This document shows positions 10,751-23,699 of a stretch of DNA of 46,128 bases, piece by piece (position 1 is the first letter of the stretch; the number at the start of each line of letters is the position of its first letter). Under the pieces are notes generated by a model. The model saw only the letters and a program-made list of their open reading frames with translations. It had not been told where the DNA came from and did not search any database. Origin of the DNA: Octopus bimaculoides (taxonomy: Eukaryota); contig NC_068986.1 in the NCBI RefSeq assembly GCF_001194135.2, positions 42,635,452-42,681,579 of the forward strand, written 5' to 3'. The translations under genes were made by a program, and so were the position numbers.

Positions 10751-11690
10751 TGATTAAGGTGAACATATAGCAGAAATAGATAAAATGAGTTCCTCTAAAG
10801 ATGTACAGACAATCAATTTAATAGTTGTGTGTTTTTTTTTTTTTTTTACTTTAATCTTGAGATTGGTTTCTCAAAAGATTCCTCAGATTTATGAGTCAAT
10901 TCGTTGTTGGATTTGGAATTTAAAATCATCTCACTATGTAACTTATTGTTATCATACCATGTACTGGTCTTATTTACTTTATTATTTCTTCTTATTTCTA
11001 ACTACTAAGTTGGCAAGCTGATCATTAGAACATTGGAAACCATGCTTTACTACATTTATTCTGACTCTTACTTTCTGCTTATAAATCCTGCTGAGGTTAG
11101 CTTTGTGTTTCATTCCTCTAGGGTCAATACAATAAAAGTATCATTCAAGTACTGGTTGGGGGGGGGGGTCACCCTCATCATTGCTGTCTTTGTACTTAAA
11201 ATAGAAGCTATTATTATCTCAAGTATTTTCCAAAATCTTTTTTGGTATAGAAAGTACATTCTATGTGTATCATTTCTTTTAAGAATATTTTTCAGACTTC
11301 TCTTTTACTATTTTATATACTTCATGTCTATGTTCTTGTATGTATTCAAATCACTATATTTAGAAAATAAAATTTTGATTATGTTTTCGCTGTTCTTGAG
11401 ATTGGTCCATTAGTGACACATCACCCACCATCTTACAAGGTCTATCACATGGATGTTCATCTAAGCAGTTTCCAGCATAACAAAATGTTTCCTGATACCT
11501 CCAGAAATAAATCAAAGGTGAATTAAATGATTAAATTGGCTTTCCACGAAACAGTTACTTAAGATTCAATACTGGTCTCAGCTCAAGTCACTTTGCAATC
11601 AAGCACAATCCTGAAATATATTTGTGTTTCAAATTTAACACATTTTGTACTAAACCACCTGGTTCTATGATTAAAAAAATCAAAAAAAAC

Positions 11691-11994
11691 TTCCAGTTTT
11701 AGTGACTGTAACCATGCTGGGGCACCACTTTGAAGAATTTTTAGTTGGATAACTTGTCTCCAGTACTTATTTTATTGGTGTCTTCTGCTGAACTGTCAAG
11801 TTTCAGGGATGCAAACACACCAACACTGGTTGACAAGCAGTGGTGGAAGGTAAACACAGACATGAAGAGGCAAACAGAGACATTCATACACACACACATC
11901 TACACACGACAGGATTCTGTTCAGTTTCCATCTATCAAACCACTCACAAGGTATTGGTCAGCCTGAGACTATAGAAGATATTTGCCCAAGGTAC
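11691..11994 (-). mobile_element. SINE family A, diverged copy
   Basis: Reverse complement aligns with about 10420-10740. Confidence 0.8.
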
Positions 11995-12177
11995 ACACAG
12001 CTACTAAACATTTTAAGTGAACTATCTGTGTATATGAAGCTAAGTATCATAAAAGTTTCCTGTCATTTTCACATATAATTTTGGTTTATGTAAGTTTTTT
12101 TGTTCTTGAATAAAGAACATACATCTCTATAGTGAAATTCTTTTCTGTTTCTGCCATTTTCCTACCTTAATTAACTA

Positions 12178-12310
12178 GTATCATCATCATCATCATCATC
12201 ATCACCACCATCATTTATACCATGGATCAGACAGAATTGGCTGAGACAGATTTTACTACAGATGGATGCCCTTCTTGTCACCAACCCTCACTTGTTTCCA
12301 AACAAGGTAA
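12178..12310 (-). mobile_element. (GAT)n-tailed retroelement 3' module (variant)
   Basis: (CAT)n run followed by catggatcagacagaatt..ggatgcccttcttgtcaccaaccc; homologous to 45250-45360. Confidence 0.7.
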
Positions 12311-12519
12311 TAATGTTCTGGTCTAGCAAACAACAGGGCGTAAATATGTGGTGAGCTGAAAACAAGCAACACCATTTGAGAGAGCCTTTTCACTACAATG
12401 CCTGCACAGCATGTCAAGACATGTCAAGAAGCTTGAACGTGCTTTACTTTCACAGTTAAGTGCAAGCAAAAGACAACACCAGTATTAACAATGGGACTAT
12501 TTTTTTACAATCATTAACA

Positions 12520-12730
12520 CTTGTGAAGTCAAGGAGAAATACAAACACACTCAAACACATGCATGCACATACACACACACGTACATGCATGCATGAGAAG
12601 ACAGGCTCCTCCAGTTTCTGTCTGCCAGTTTCACTCACAAGGTAATGATTGACTCATGGGCTATAGTCTAGAATGGTACTGAACCTCCTAACTACATAGT
12701 TGGCAAAGCAAATTTCTAAATAACACAGCT
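12520..12730 (-). mobile_element. SINE family A, degenerate
   Basis: (CA)n then cagtttctgtctgccagtttcactcacaagg..gctatag, matching the family A middle. Confidence 0.6.
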
Positions 12731-13766
12731 TGAACTTATCTTAGTTAAAATGAAAGACCTTGCTCCTGACTCCTATACAGGACCTCCAGGACTGATGGGT
12801 GGGAGGGAGTCAGGTGTTCTCAAACCTGAGACTTTGACCAAATTATTGTTTTGGAGTGGACTTCACTTTAGGTACTCAAGTGCTAGGTGATGGTGTTCAG
12901 CGGTGTGATGGAACTTGCTGTGCAGGTGGAAATTTTGCTTTTTGGGTTTGGTGTAGGTAATAAGAAATGACCCATTGTATTTCACTCAAGAGATGCTAAA
13001 ATCTGTGAGAACTCAAAGAATTAAAAAAAAAAAACCAACAGCTATTATTTCATTGAATTTACATTAATAAATAATTAACCTTTTCCATAACCACAGATCA
13101 TAGGGGCCAGTGATTATAACTCTGATGTCTTTAGTGTTGATTAACCAACTGAAGATATTTCCCTAGAGTTTCCATATTTATTCCCTTCACATTGACATAC
13201 AGCATGAAATATCCACAGGCGATTCAATTTACTAACATTGGAGCTAAGCCAGCCTGTAATATTTATGTTGCCTCAGTCTATTATAAATGTTAAAGTTCTA
13301 TTGTTGATGCATCAGCTCTTCTGTTGTTTGAAGTGTGGGTATTGTTTGGTATTACTGTTATCCAAAAGATATTGTTGATATTATTTCATGTTGCTGTCAT
13401 TTATTTTACGTCATGACGATCTTGACAAATATTATGGTTGTTCAATCAGTGACATGCACTTTTTAAAAATTTATTTATTTATTCTCTTTACGGTGTCATC
13501 ATACTTTCTCAGATATTCAATTTAAAGTAGTTATTAGAATGCTAATTCAGCTTAATTACATTTTCTGTTCTTCTATTGAATACATTTTGAATAATTTATT
13601 ATCTTGAAATTGCTTTTATTTCATTACACCATTTATTATCTTAAATCTGCTCTTTTGTTTTTTTACAATATTTCTTATTGCAATTAAATAATCCAGTTAC
13701 AGTGATGTATCTCATCTTTGCTTGCATATCTACCCTAAAAAAAAGAAAAATTCTATTTTCTTTTAG

Positions 13767-13830
13767 GATATTACACTGCGAAAATTAACTCGGCCAACAT
13801 CTGCAAAAGGTTCAAGACATAAAAAAGAAG
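13767..13830 (+). CDS. TRAF3IP1: Internal coding exon A of TRAF3IP1/IFT54 (64 nt, phase 0 to 1): DITLRKLTRPTSAKGSRHKKE
   Basis: Polypyrimidine tract + ttttag acceptor, AAG|gtaagt donor, no stops. RPxSAKG resembles the IFT54 middle region as I recall it. Phase joins exon B. Confidence 0.8.
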
Positions 13831-15142
13831 GTAAGTTTGTTTACTTGTTGTCAGTAATAAAGAATGCTTACAGATGTTGTCTCTATAGGAGACTTTAAAA
13901 TAAATTGAAAAAGTAACAGATACCATGACAATAATATTGTAGATGTTTTATTTTTTTCTCATTTTAATAATGCAAAAGTAGAATCTTTTGAAATTACAGG
14001 TGTTTATGCATAAGAATAAAGAATTGTTGTCTTTGTGCAGACTAGAATAAAATCTAATCTAGAATTTATGTAGAACTTACAGTAGTGTATGATTATAATA
14101 TAGCCATTGCTACAAAGATGCACAATTGAAGGTAACAAAGAATTCTTAAATTTCCATTATCATCGTGGCTTCTTTTGCCACCAGCTTACCATTTTCTGTT
14201 ATGATATTCTTCCAAATATTTGTCTTCTATGATATTTCCATCCATTCTATCAACATCCCTTACTATTATTGACACAACTCTACACTATTCAGTAAACACT
14301 GCATCACTATTTCAAGTATTTTTCTTTAACATGATGCAAATGATTCAATTTTAGTTGGCAGTTATACTTTAGAATATTTTGAGTCAATTTACAGTATCTA
14401 TTACAGCTTTCATCAAACACATTTGGTTTTTTGATTGCCCTTTTACCAACAATTTTCACATTCCATTGTAAGATTTGCATTATTATTTTCTTCTTCTTCT
14501 TCTTCTTCTAACGATATTTACTTGGGTAAATTGTGGTTTTGTGCTATGTTTTTTATCATTTTACATTTTACATTATTCATACCTTATAATGGATACTTCA
14601 TGTTTTTGAATCATATTTGTAATTTATTGCTTCCATTCAGTTTTCTTTTGTTAAACAAAGGCAATATTTTACATTATGACCAACAGTCATCCCCCCACAC
14701 ACACACACACACACCTTCCTACTTAAGTTTGCAGCTAGTTTTACTGTGTATCAATAATTTAGAGATTGTGCTTAATGCTATCTGAAATCATTTTAATTAA
14801 TGTATTTGGATTTTTCCTTGTAATTAATCTTTTTCCCCAGTTGATTACTTTCTTCCAATATTTCCAGTTTCCATCCATGAGCTCTAATATCTTATTGTTG
14901 ATATTTGTCAGATTATTTTGACTAACTCCTTCGGAGTTATTCCTATATCTGCATTTTAGTAATTCTTCCATATCAAGTTCTATATAATTTTCACTCACTC
15001 TGAGTACTGTATCTTTTTTTTCTTTTTGTAGCCATGCATCTCTCTTATTCCTGTCCCTCTATGATATTTTAACCCCTCATTATCTGGTATAAAGCCACCC
15101 ACCTCAATCCTACATCATCCCCTCAGTGGAGGAAGTCTTGTT

Positions 15143-15365
15143 TCACAAGTTACTTGGTGATCTCACTGCTGCTGGTGCCATGTAAATAGCACTCAATATA
15201 CTCTAAAAAGTGGTTGGCATTTGGAAGAGCATCTAGTTGTAGAAACTATACCAAAGCAGACATTAGAGCTTAGCATACTCCTCTAGGTTGTCAGCTCTAG
15301 TCAAATCATTCATCCCACACCAGTACAGAAAATAGATGTTAACTGATGAGGGTGATGATGATGAC
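15143..15365 (+). mobile_element. (GAT)n-tailed retroelement 3' module
   Basis: gctggtgccatgtaaatagcac..gtggttggcatttggaagagcatctagttgtagaaac..gatgatgatga. Confidence 0.75.
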
Positions 15366-16111
15366 AGAACAAGTAACCACTCTTTCTATAAATGCTTTCC
15401 TTTTTAATTATATTTATATTATTTACTTACTTAATTTTGTCTAGATTGTATTTCAGGAAGTTAAACCATAAAACTGAAGTTACATTTTTCTGCTAAATTT
15501 CTGTCTCATTTACTTTAATTGCATTTTCAAATTATTTTCTTGTTCAGCTTTTGATGTTGATTTTAATGCTTTCAGAAATGTTAACTTAAAAGATCTTTCA
15601 TTATTTAATCATACCTTTATTAAAACTGTTATTAGTCTTCTTTTCCATATATTTGTCTTTGCCTGTATCTGTTGACTTCTAGTTTGGAGTTCAATAGTTT
15701 GCACTCTATTGGTTTCAAAAATTCTAATTGAGTAGGAGTCTGTAGTAATTGTAATAATTGAGTAAGACTCTAGATATAGATATTTCATAAAATTTGAAAC
15801 ATTAAAGAAGTTTATATAACTTGGCTCTTTCCTTCATAATTTAGTTGGCTTCGTGTTATTACACTGTCACTATACAGTTGGTAATAATTTTTATGTTTGG
15901 CACATGGCATCAAATTTGAAGGCAAGTGATATAGTTTATTAAATTTACTCCAGTGTATAGCTGCTACTTTTAAAAAAATATTCTTGGAGAAATGAATATT
16001 AAACACAACCATGTTAACCTTTGAACATATAGAAACTAATTGTCTTGTATGTAGAGACTACAAGACATTTAGTTTGACATTCTATTCTAGATCAGTCCTA
16101 TATGTATTAGT

Positions 16112-16172
16112 GGAGGCGCAATGGCCCAGTGGTTAGGGCAGTGGACTCGCGGTCATAGGATCGCGGTTTCGA
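16112..16172 (+). mobile_element. SINE family B tRNA-like head, truncated
   Basis: ggaggcgcaatggcccagtggttagggcagtggactcgcggtcataggatcgcggtttcga, nearly identical to 30977-31040. Confidence 0.9.
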
Positions 16173-16553
16173 CTAAATCCTTCATTTTGTCCCTGTTAAT
16201 CTCAGTTGTTGGCCAACCAGAGCAAAGTGCATCGTGAATGGAAAAATCTCCTGACCAAAATTCTGAAAAACCCACTTCTGGTACACACATTTTGTAACAG
16301 CATCTTCTCTGTACACAGTACATATCTTCCTGCAAGTTTCCACTCCTTTCTTACCCTTTTTAAAATAGAAAAAGGCATGACATGTTAAAAATATTCATTT
16401 TAATTCTCCATTTTCTCGGTGATCTTAAACACTCCAAATACCACCTATCTTGTTGCAAGTTTGCATCGAACTATGTTAGTGTATCAAGTATCTAATGAGT
16501 ATGCATACACAAAGGAAAAAAAAAAAGCAAACAAACTTTTTGGTTAACCATTA
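16173..16553 (-). mobile_element. mariner transposase 5' fragment with probable TIR
   Basis: Frames read FYFKKGKKGVETCRKICTVYREDAVT and FWSGDFSIHDALCSGWPTTEINRDKMKDLVE (mariner HTH: FRSGDFSLEDAPRSGRP). aactttttggttaacc at ~16534-16549 resembles a mariner end. Confidence 0.7.
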
Positions 16554-16820
16554 TCATATTTTGTCATCACTTAATGTCTGTTTTCTCTGCTGGCATGGAT
16601 TGTACAGTTTGACAAGAGCTGGCAAAACCTGGAGCCACACCAGGTTCCATTCTCTGTTTTGGCATGGTTTCTACAGTTGGATAGCCTTCCTGACACCAAC
16701 TATTTTACAGAGTGTACTGGGTGCTTTTTATGTATCACCAGCACCAGTGCTTTTTATATGGCACCAGCACTGACCAAGTCACCAGTATCTTGCAAGACAA
16801 AACCTCCTTGACTGGGAACT
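16554..16820 (-). mobile_element. (GAT)n-tailed retroelement 3' module
   Basis: ggcatggtttctacagttggatagccttcctgacaccaac..gagtgtactgggtgcttttt; reverse complement of the 35805-35998 module. Confidence 0.8.
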
Positions 16821-16859
16821 GAGGAGTTGTATTGAATGGGTGTGCCAGTTGAGAGATTA

Positions 16860-17420
16860 AAGTTATATAGGGACAGAGATAGGTATCTTTCTGTAGACTA
16901 GATACCTGGATACCACAGTTGGAAAAAGAAAGGGTGAGTTTGAGAGTAAGATAAAGAGAGCAATAGTGAGAGAAATATTGGAAACAATGTATTGGGACAT
17001 GCCCTCGAGGGACATTAGGGGTGGTGAGAATAAGTGAAGTGATATAGAGGTTTTGGGCTGGGTGAATGGACATGATTGAGTTGACTGAAGCAATGATGGA
17101 GGGAAATATGGGAGAGGCTTGGGGCGAGAGGTTTCAGTAGATATGTCAAGGCATTAAGGCGAATAGCAGGTAAGCAAGATGGAGAACTGCACGAGGGGAG
17201 AGAAGGCACAAAAAAGGAAGTGATTGATAGGAAAAAGTAGATGGGGGAAGACATTGAGAAATGGAAGTGATTGCGGTGTGGGAAGAAAGGTAATTAAGAA
17301 AGCCAGGTGGGATTTAGTATACACCTATTCTGCTCTCAGGTGATAGGGAAGTGATGACTACTAGGGGATGAAATATGGAGGGAGACATTGATGGAGTAGA
17401 CATGGGAATAGAGTAGAGCC
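16860..17420 (-). mobile_element. Probable CR1/Jockey-group LINE RT remnant
   Basis: Minus strand is C/T-rich and reads LLKPLAPSLSHI.. and SISL..FSPPLMSLE..IVSN, loosely like RT N-terminal motifs. Heavily decayed. Confidence 0.45.
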
Positions 17421-17449
17421 CCTCACAGACAAGTATTATCAAGGTGGTT

Positions 17450-18092
17450 TTAAGATATCAAGTCTGCAATGGTGGACAAGTCTTCTTGAGCACTGCAAGG
17501 CATCAGATATCTCAGTCCTTCGTTATTTCCTTCATAAAGCTCAGAATTCTTGAGAATGGCTGTCAATACTTTGCCCCATGTCTTCCTGGGTTTACCCATT
17601 CCAAAAGTTCTATCCATTTTTAGTGATTGGCACTTCTTTCTGCAACTGTCCACATCTGTATCCATCACATGACCAAATCAGTGCAGTCTTCTCTCTTGCA
17701 TACTGCATTTAATTCCTCTTATGCTTATCTTTTCTCTTAATACACTAATGCTTTGTTGCACATGTACACTGACATTTCTCATCCAGTAGAGCATGGCAGC
17801 TTCATTCCTCTCTAGTCTTCACATGTCCTCTGAATTCAGGGCCCACATCTCAATAGCATGTAGCATTGCCCTTTGCACACGTGTTATACAATCTCCTTTT
17901 CACTTGGAGAGAGAGACCTTTAGTTGCCAACAGAGGTAAAAGCTCTCTGAACTTTCTACATCTTTTTCTTATTCTAGCAATTAAACTTCTCGTACATCCT
18001 CCCCCACTGCTAATTAGGTCACCTAGGCAGCAGAAATTATCCGTTATTTCTAGAAATCCTCTGGAGCATTTGAGAAAATCAATTTCCTATAT
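17450..18092 (-). mobile_element. RTE-X-like LINE 3' ORF fragment
   Basis: ..CRKKCQSLKMDRTFGMGKPRKTWGKVL; homologous to about 6130-6700 in reverse. Confidence 0.85.
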
Positions 18093-19174
18093 GAAACTGA
18101 ACTTGGTATGTATGTGTGTTTTACTGCATAACAACATGTATTGGTGTGTTGGTTTATATACATCCCCAACTCTTAGAAAAGAGAAACTGATAGAATAAGT
18201 AACGAACTTAAATTAAGAACTGAAGTTTATTTGACAGTGATTGGCTGCATTCCAATGACTAAAACCAGTAAGAGTTATGAAATGAAAATATAGTAGTAGA
18301 GATTTATAATCACTTCTTATGATGAGAAATACCTAGTTATATGATTTGGTCATATATATATATATCTTTAAAAAATTGTGTGTGGGTGCCTGTGTATGTG
18401 TGCGTGTGCATATGTATGTAGAAGGAAACTTCATCATTAGTATCTGTACTGGGTTATGTAATAGAAGCTGAAACCCCAAAAAATTATTGAAGAGTGAGTA
18501 GAATTACATAGAATTATATAATGTTACAAATCTATTAAAAAGTTTGTCTAGAAGACATGCACACACACATACACATACACACACAGTGTTGTCAAGAAAT
18601 TTGGGGTTTAGTCACACTGTGTGATACCTTGGGCAAGTGTCTTTTGCTTTAGCTATGACCATGTAGTCAGTAATTAAGTTGGTGATAACATTTTATTACA
18701 GCAAGCATCACAAATTTAATTAGAAATGATTATGCTGTGATAAAAAGATACATTCAGCTCAGTCCCTATTATTAACTTGGTGTAGATACATAATTAAAGC
18801 AGCATTAAATTATAAACACCATTCTTAAAGTGAGTCCTTTTACAGCTCCTTGTCATGTAGAGGTTAATACATGCTAATATGTCAGTTACTGTGACTGCAT
18901 GGTTACAGGAATGGTTTTACTTTGAGATTGACTAAGACTAATGATGTAGCACTTACATCTTTGCTACAACATGTAGGATCACGGTGTAGATGTATGAACA
19001 TTTATACGATTATTTTCTTTATGCTTTTCTGTTTTCTTTTAATAGAAAATTGGAAGTTGTTTTGCTACTTATATTTAAGGTTTGAAATATTTCACAATCT
19101 TGAAAGTAATACAAAAAAAAAATGGTTACCAAAACATCAAAGCTAACTAAATTAGAAGTGACTTATTTTCATTT

Positions 19175-19861
19175 ACCTCATATGCAATACATTAAAATGC
19201 TTAGAGATACAAATACTGGATGCACAACAGGTATAGCTCTGCTATCACCACCAGTAAGAGCCCTAGTTGAGAAGGGCCTCAAGCAAAGAGATACCATCTC
19301 TCCAAAATTCTTTATCGCATATCTAGAAAGGGTCATCAAGGACGTTGACTGGACAGGTGGCGTGAGCATCAATGGTGAGCAACAAACACATCTCTGATTC
19401 ACAAGTGACATTGTGTTCTTCGCTGAAACCACAGACCAGCTGCAGACCATGCTGACAGCTGTATACTCAAAGCTTAACAGTGGTTCTTAAAATGAAACAA
19501 AATATATGCAGCTGGAAGATGTAGCACAAAGCTGAAAAGAATTGGGAAGCAATGAAAGTGAGGAGGGAAAGGAGTGTACCTACTTAGGTTACACAATGTA
19601 TATGCACCTAGATATGGATGCTGAAATCTCAAAGAGAATAAAGACAGGAAGGAAGGCATTAATTTAATAAAGGATGTGCCCCAAACAAACCTGGACAAGG
19701 CCAGACTCTTCAATAGCACCATCCTCACCTGCGCTTTTATACTCTGTGGGATGGGGGCTATTATGAAGAGGAGAGAACACTGATTGGCTACAATGCAAAG
19801 AACCATGGAAAAATCAATACTAGAAATATCATTGAGTACATTCAAAATGAGATAATTCAAT
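19175..19861 (+). mobile_element. RTE-1-like LINE reverse transcriptase fragment
   Basis: VEKGLKQRDTISPKFFIAYLERVIKDVDWTGGVSINGEQQTHL*FTSDIVFFAETTDQLQTML matches the decayed KGVRQGDTISPKLF..HLRFADDIVL RT core. Confidence 0.85.
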
Positions 19862-20200
19862 GCCTTTAATGTGAAACAATTACAGGAAGCTATCAAGAAG
19901 GAAATACTAAGTCAACTTGATGAGCTCATTGAGGATTCCAGTTTGCTAGTTTAGAAAATTAGAAGCTGCAAATGGTAAGCAAAACCTGCAGTCCAGCAAG
20001 AGCCTGGCTGAAGAATCTGGAAGGAGACAAAGAAAATGTTACAGAAATGGAAAACAGTGAAGAGGAACATGAATTATCACCAAGTATTTCATTCGCTGAA
20101 AAGTGATCTTACAATATTCAAGAAGGACTTTGAGAATTAGAGATTGAAGAAATTGATGCAGGCTGCAGAGAAAAGTTTTTTAAAAAATTGTGTAAATTGA
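19862..20200 (+). mobile_element. RTE-1-like endonuclease-RT linker fragment, located downstream of the RT fragment
   Basis: AFNVKQLQEAIKKE..RIWKETKKMLQKWKTVKR..KKDFEN*RLKKLMQAAEKS resembles the pre-RT linker of RTE-1-type ORFs as I recall them. Confidence 0.6.
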
Positions 20201-22099
20201 TTGTCATTAAAATGGATCATTGCCCTTCAAAGTACAGTGCAGTATTTTAGCTTGCTGCATTTACAGTACCTGTGTTTTAAGAGGTTAATAAAACTTGTTC
20301 TTCACTTAAATTATACTTATATTTCTTCCTATTTCTCTTATTTATGTTCAGAATATTAATGATGATACAGGTGCATATATAGAGTTTTAATGAGTTTTAT
20401 TAAGTGCTATATGGTTATTTAAAAAGTGATGATCAGTTCTCCAGAAAATTCACGTATTTGGTAACCCTCTGGTCCCAGTGGTGCAGTTAGAAGGTACTAT
20501 ACTCTATACCTCACTTTTGTTTTGCGGTTAGGTATAGTATTAGCTTGAAAAAACATTTTCTATCAGGACTTTAGTAATTTTCTGTGTATGAAGTCAAACA
20601 TAAATAAAATCATTTTCCTTTCTATTTATTTATTTTGCATGAAGATTTCCATGTGACTGTTGGAACATTTCTTGTCATATGATTTTATTGACCTTTTCTG
20701 AAGCTTTCCGGTGCAGCCAAGTACAAATTTAACTTACGTTTTCCCAAGCTAATATTCTATAATTCAGATGGAAGAATATAGAGTTATTAAGCATATACAT
20801 GAAGTTTCTGTATCTTTTAATAGCACAAATTATTTTCCTGTTGTCAATTCATACAGCTATGAAAGTATAAGATGTATCTCCTCTGATTCTATCTGCATTA
20901 TTTGTAGTCAATAAATCAATACTTACCAATAAGCAAAGTAAGCAGTATTTAGCAAAGAAAAGAAAAAAAATAATAAAAATTGCTGAAATCTCAGAAAACT
21001 AGTGATGTTCTATGTTGGCAAAAAATATTAATATATTTCACAAAATAAGATTGTGTGCATGAGGAGAGGTAAATTTTGATGTTCCATGATAAAACCTTCC
21101 TTAAAGAAAAAAAAAATGAATAAATGAAAAATAAAATTTAAAATTTGAAAACAAATAAGACAGAAACAGTGATAGTGTACAAAGTCTTCTCTCTAAACAA
21201 CAACTATACTTATTTTGTGAATTTTATTAATATTGATTATCATAAGAGCTTAAACCAAGTTTCTTAGAATTTAGCCAGACTAATTTAATAATTAGTTTAT
21301 TTTGAAGTCTAACATGTGGCATCATCTTCTCTGAAGAGAGCATTTCTATCATCATGTAAATTTAGGCTTATAACATTGTGAGTAATCCAAGAATTGAAGC
21401 TAGTAACATGTCATGCTTATTTCTGGATGGCAGAAATTACCCAGATTTTGACACTGATCTGTACTCCAATTATTTTAAGAAAATTTATGCACTAGTAGAA
21501 AACTGCCTTTGTGTGTCAGCCTCATAATTTCTGATCTTTTTTAAAGATTATGTTGGATTTCCAATAATCTTATCTACTAGATTACAATTTTGTAACATAA
21601 GTATAAATGTTAAAAGAATATGTTGACTCATATGATATAATCAACCAGCAATTACATTACTCCCTCCAGTGTCATGCTTATTTATTCACATTGCTTTGAT
21701 TTAATCATGTTCAAGAGGGTTATCAACAATTTTTGTTCATAATTTCAACTTTTTACACATAAGCCTAAAATGTTGTCAGTAGGCTACCAATGATTCAGTT
21801 ATGTATTTTCAGTAAAATCAGGGATATTTATTTTTGTGACATTGCCACATTATTTTGGATGATTTTCTGAAGGACTTCACTTCCACTATGAAAATTCTTT
21901 GCTTCATTGGATGAAAATTCAGAAACATATCTGACTCATCCAAAGACAAGTCACTGCTATTTTCTTTTTTTCTTCTACATTTTATAAGTTTACATGTATA
22001 TATCCTTCAAAGTTAGAATCACTACTTGCTGAAGCCATATTAGTATAATTGCAAAAATATTGATCACAACTCAAACTATGTACCATTAAAAATTTTCCA

Positions 22100-22293
22100 G
22101 TATTTATTGATTATATTTAAGCAGAAATGACTTTATCTCACATTATCTCAGAGCTTTGAGATTTCAGTGATGATTGTTTATGTCTGAAATGACATTGTAT
22201 GGTAAGTGTGAAAGACTGAATCTGACCAGTTTGAACCTTAAGTAGGTAGAGTATTTGAGCTGGATATGGACTGTTGAAATGCCAAAGTTTTAA
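22100..22293. mobile_element. TTAA-MITE family 1, partial diverged copy
   Basis: gacattgtatggtaagtgtg..tctgaccagtttgaac..aatgccaaagttttaa aligns with the reverse complement of 24411-24639. Confidence 0.55.
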
Positions 22294-23219
22294 GATGAAT
22301 GTAAATGTAAAAGGTTAAATGATTTCTGTGACAATTAAGTATGCTGTTTAGCCCTAAGTCATCCCTGATTGACTTAGTAAACCTATAATCAAAGATATTA
22401 CAACACCATCCTGTCTCTTAAAGAGTATTTAGGACTACATCATCCATTGTGTTCTTCCTTTCTCTAGCAGATCAAATTATCGCATAATTTTTCTGTATTT
22501 ACTTACGGCAACCATATTTGTTCAGATATTAAGACTATACTTAATTATTGAGCTTTCAGCACAATATGCACTGCCTCCCTTTCTGTAGTTCTTTCTGCTA
22601 TGTAAACTGTATTCTATTGTGGAATGTTTTTTAATTTCTCACCATATATGTTCTGCCATTCTTGATTTTATTGCTTCACCTAAGATTCACATTTCAATAT
22701 TCCGTCATTCTCATCTTTAAAACATCTGTTTTCCATTTCATAAATATTTCTTTATATATGAAATTTTTCAATGCATAAGTGTCACACATAAATACTTTTC
22801 ATTGTATCATCTCAATAAAATATTTACAATTAGGTGAAGCCACAATGAATTCCAGTTTTGTAGCCACTGCACTTTTGTGAGTAGATGCAGATGTTAGGTA
22901 GTTCTTGAGGTGGGCATTTATTTGTTTATTGTTTTAAAGTACTTTACAAGTGGAACAATGTACTTCGTATTTATAAGTTTTGTCATTTGTTACTTGAGCA
23001 GCCATAATTTCTTTGTGCATTTTGAAAAGTGTAGAAAGCATTCTTAGTGGAAGTTAGTGATTTATTAAAGTCATAATAAATCATTAGACCATTGAGTTAA
23101 TTTTTTTTCAGTTCTTTTATCAGTGAAATTTCAGCTTGAAAAAAGATAAATATATTTGTGAAAGATATCAGATTAAAAAGCAGAACAAAGTAGGATGTCT
23201 TATTAAAAAGTGTTTGTTA

Positions 23220-23254
<35 letters not shown>

Positions 23255-23699
23255 TTATCTGAATGCAGACTGAAATTTAAGGAAATATTGAAAGTTTTAT
23301 TTTTTATATTCAATTTTCAGTTTGTTTTTGAATTCTGAATAAAATCTTAATTTAGTTTTTAAAAAATATTTATTCAATTTTTTTCACTCTCTAATTTTGC
23401 TTTCTGAAAATGTCATTTTTATTGATGTTAATTTCAAATTATATACTAAAACAGTAAAAAGATATATAGGAAATATCTTTTTCTGTATTTGATTGTAAAA
23501 ATAGTTTCATTTTGTATTGAGAGATCTTTGTTCTCAAGTGTTGAAAATGTAAGGAAAATATTTACTTTTCATCACTTTGCTGTACTAACTATTAGTGATG
23601 TTATTTAACCCATATCTGTCAAAATTATAAGCTCCATCATAATAGTTGCTGCTGGATTATCTTTAACACCTAGTGATATCATTAATAATTAAAACTGGT

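Noticed and set aside
12760-12815. Hammerhead ribozyme near the cctgactcc/ggagtcagg inverted repeat
   Set aside because: The core reads CTGATGG rather than CUGANGA, and no GAAA/stem arrangement could be built.
16112-16172. tRNA-like sequence (also at 30977 and 26987) as a tRNA gene
   Set aside because: It has A/B-box-like motifs but no complete cloverleaf, and it continues into SINE body sequence or is truncated. These are SINE heads.
20345-20440. C/D snoRNA (aTGATGA boxes)
   Set aside because: No CTGA D box at a suitable distance and no terminal stem.
20493-20542. Short hairpin whose minus strand contains UGAGGUA (let-7-like start)
   Set aside because: Only ~8 bp of contiguous stem, position 8 differs from let-7, and it is on the wrong arm and antisense to the host gene. 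Not a credible pre-miRNA without small-RNA data.
21300-21960. Possible piggyBac transposase remnant on the minus strand (LSLDES, DYWKS)
   Set aside because: The motifs are short, out of the expected order, broken by many stops, and partly overlapped by MITE sequence. Chance matches cannot be excluded.
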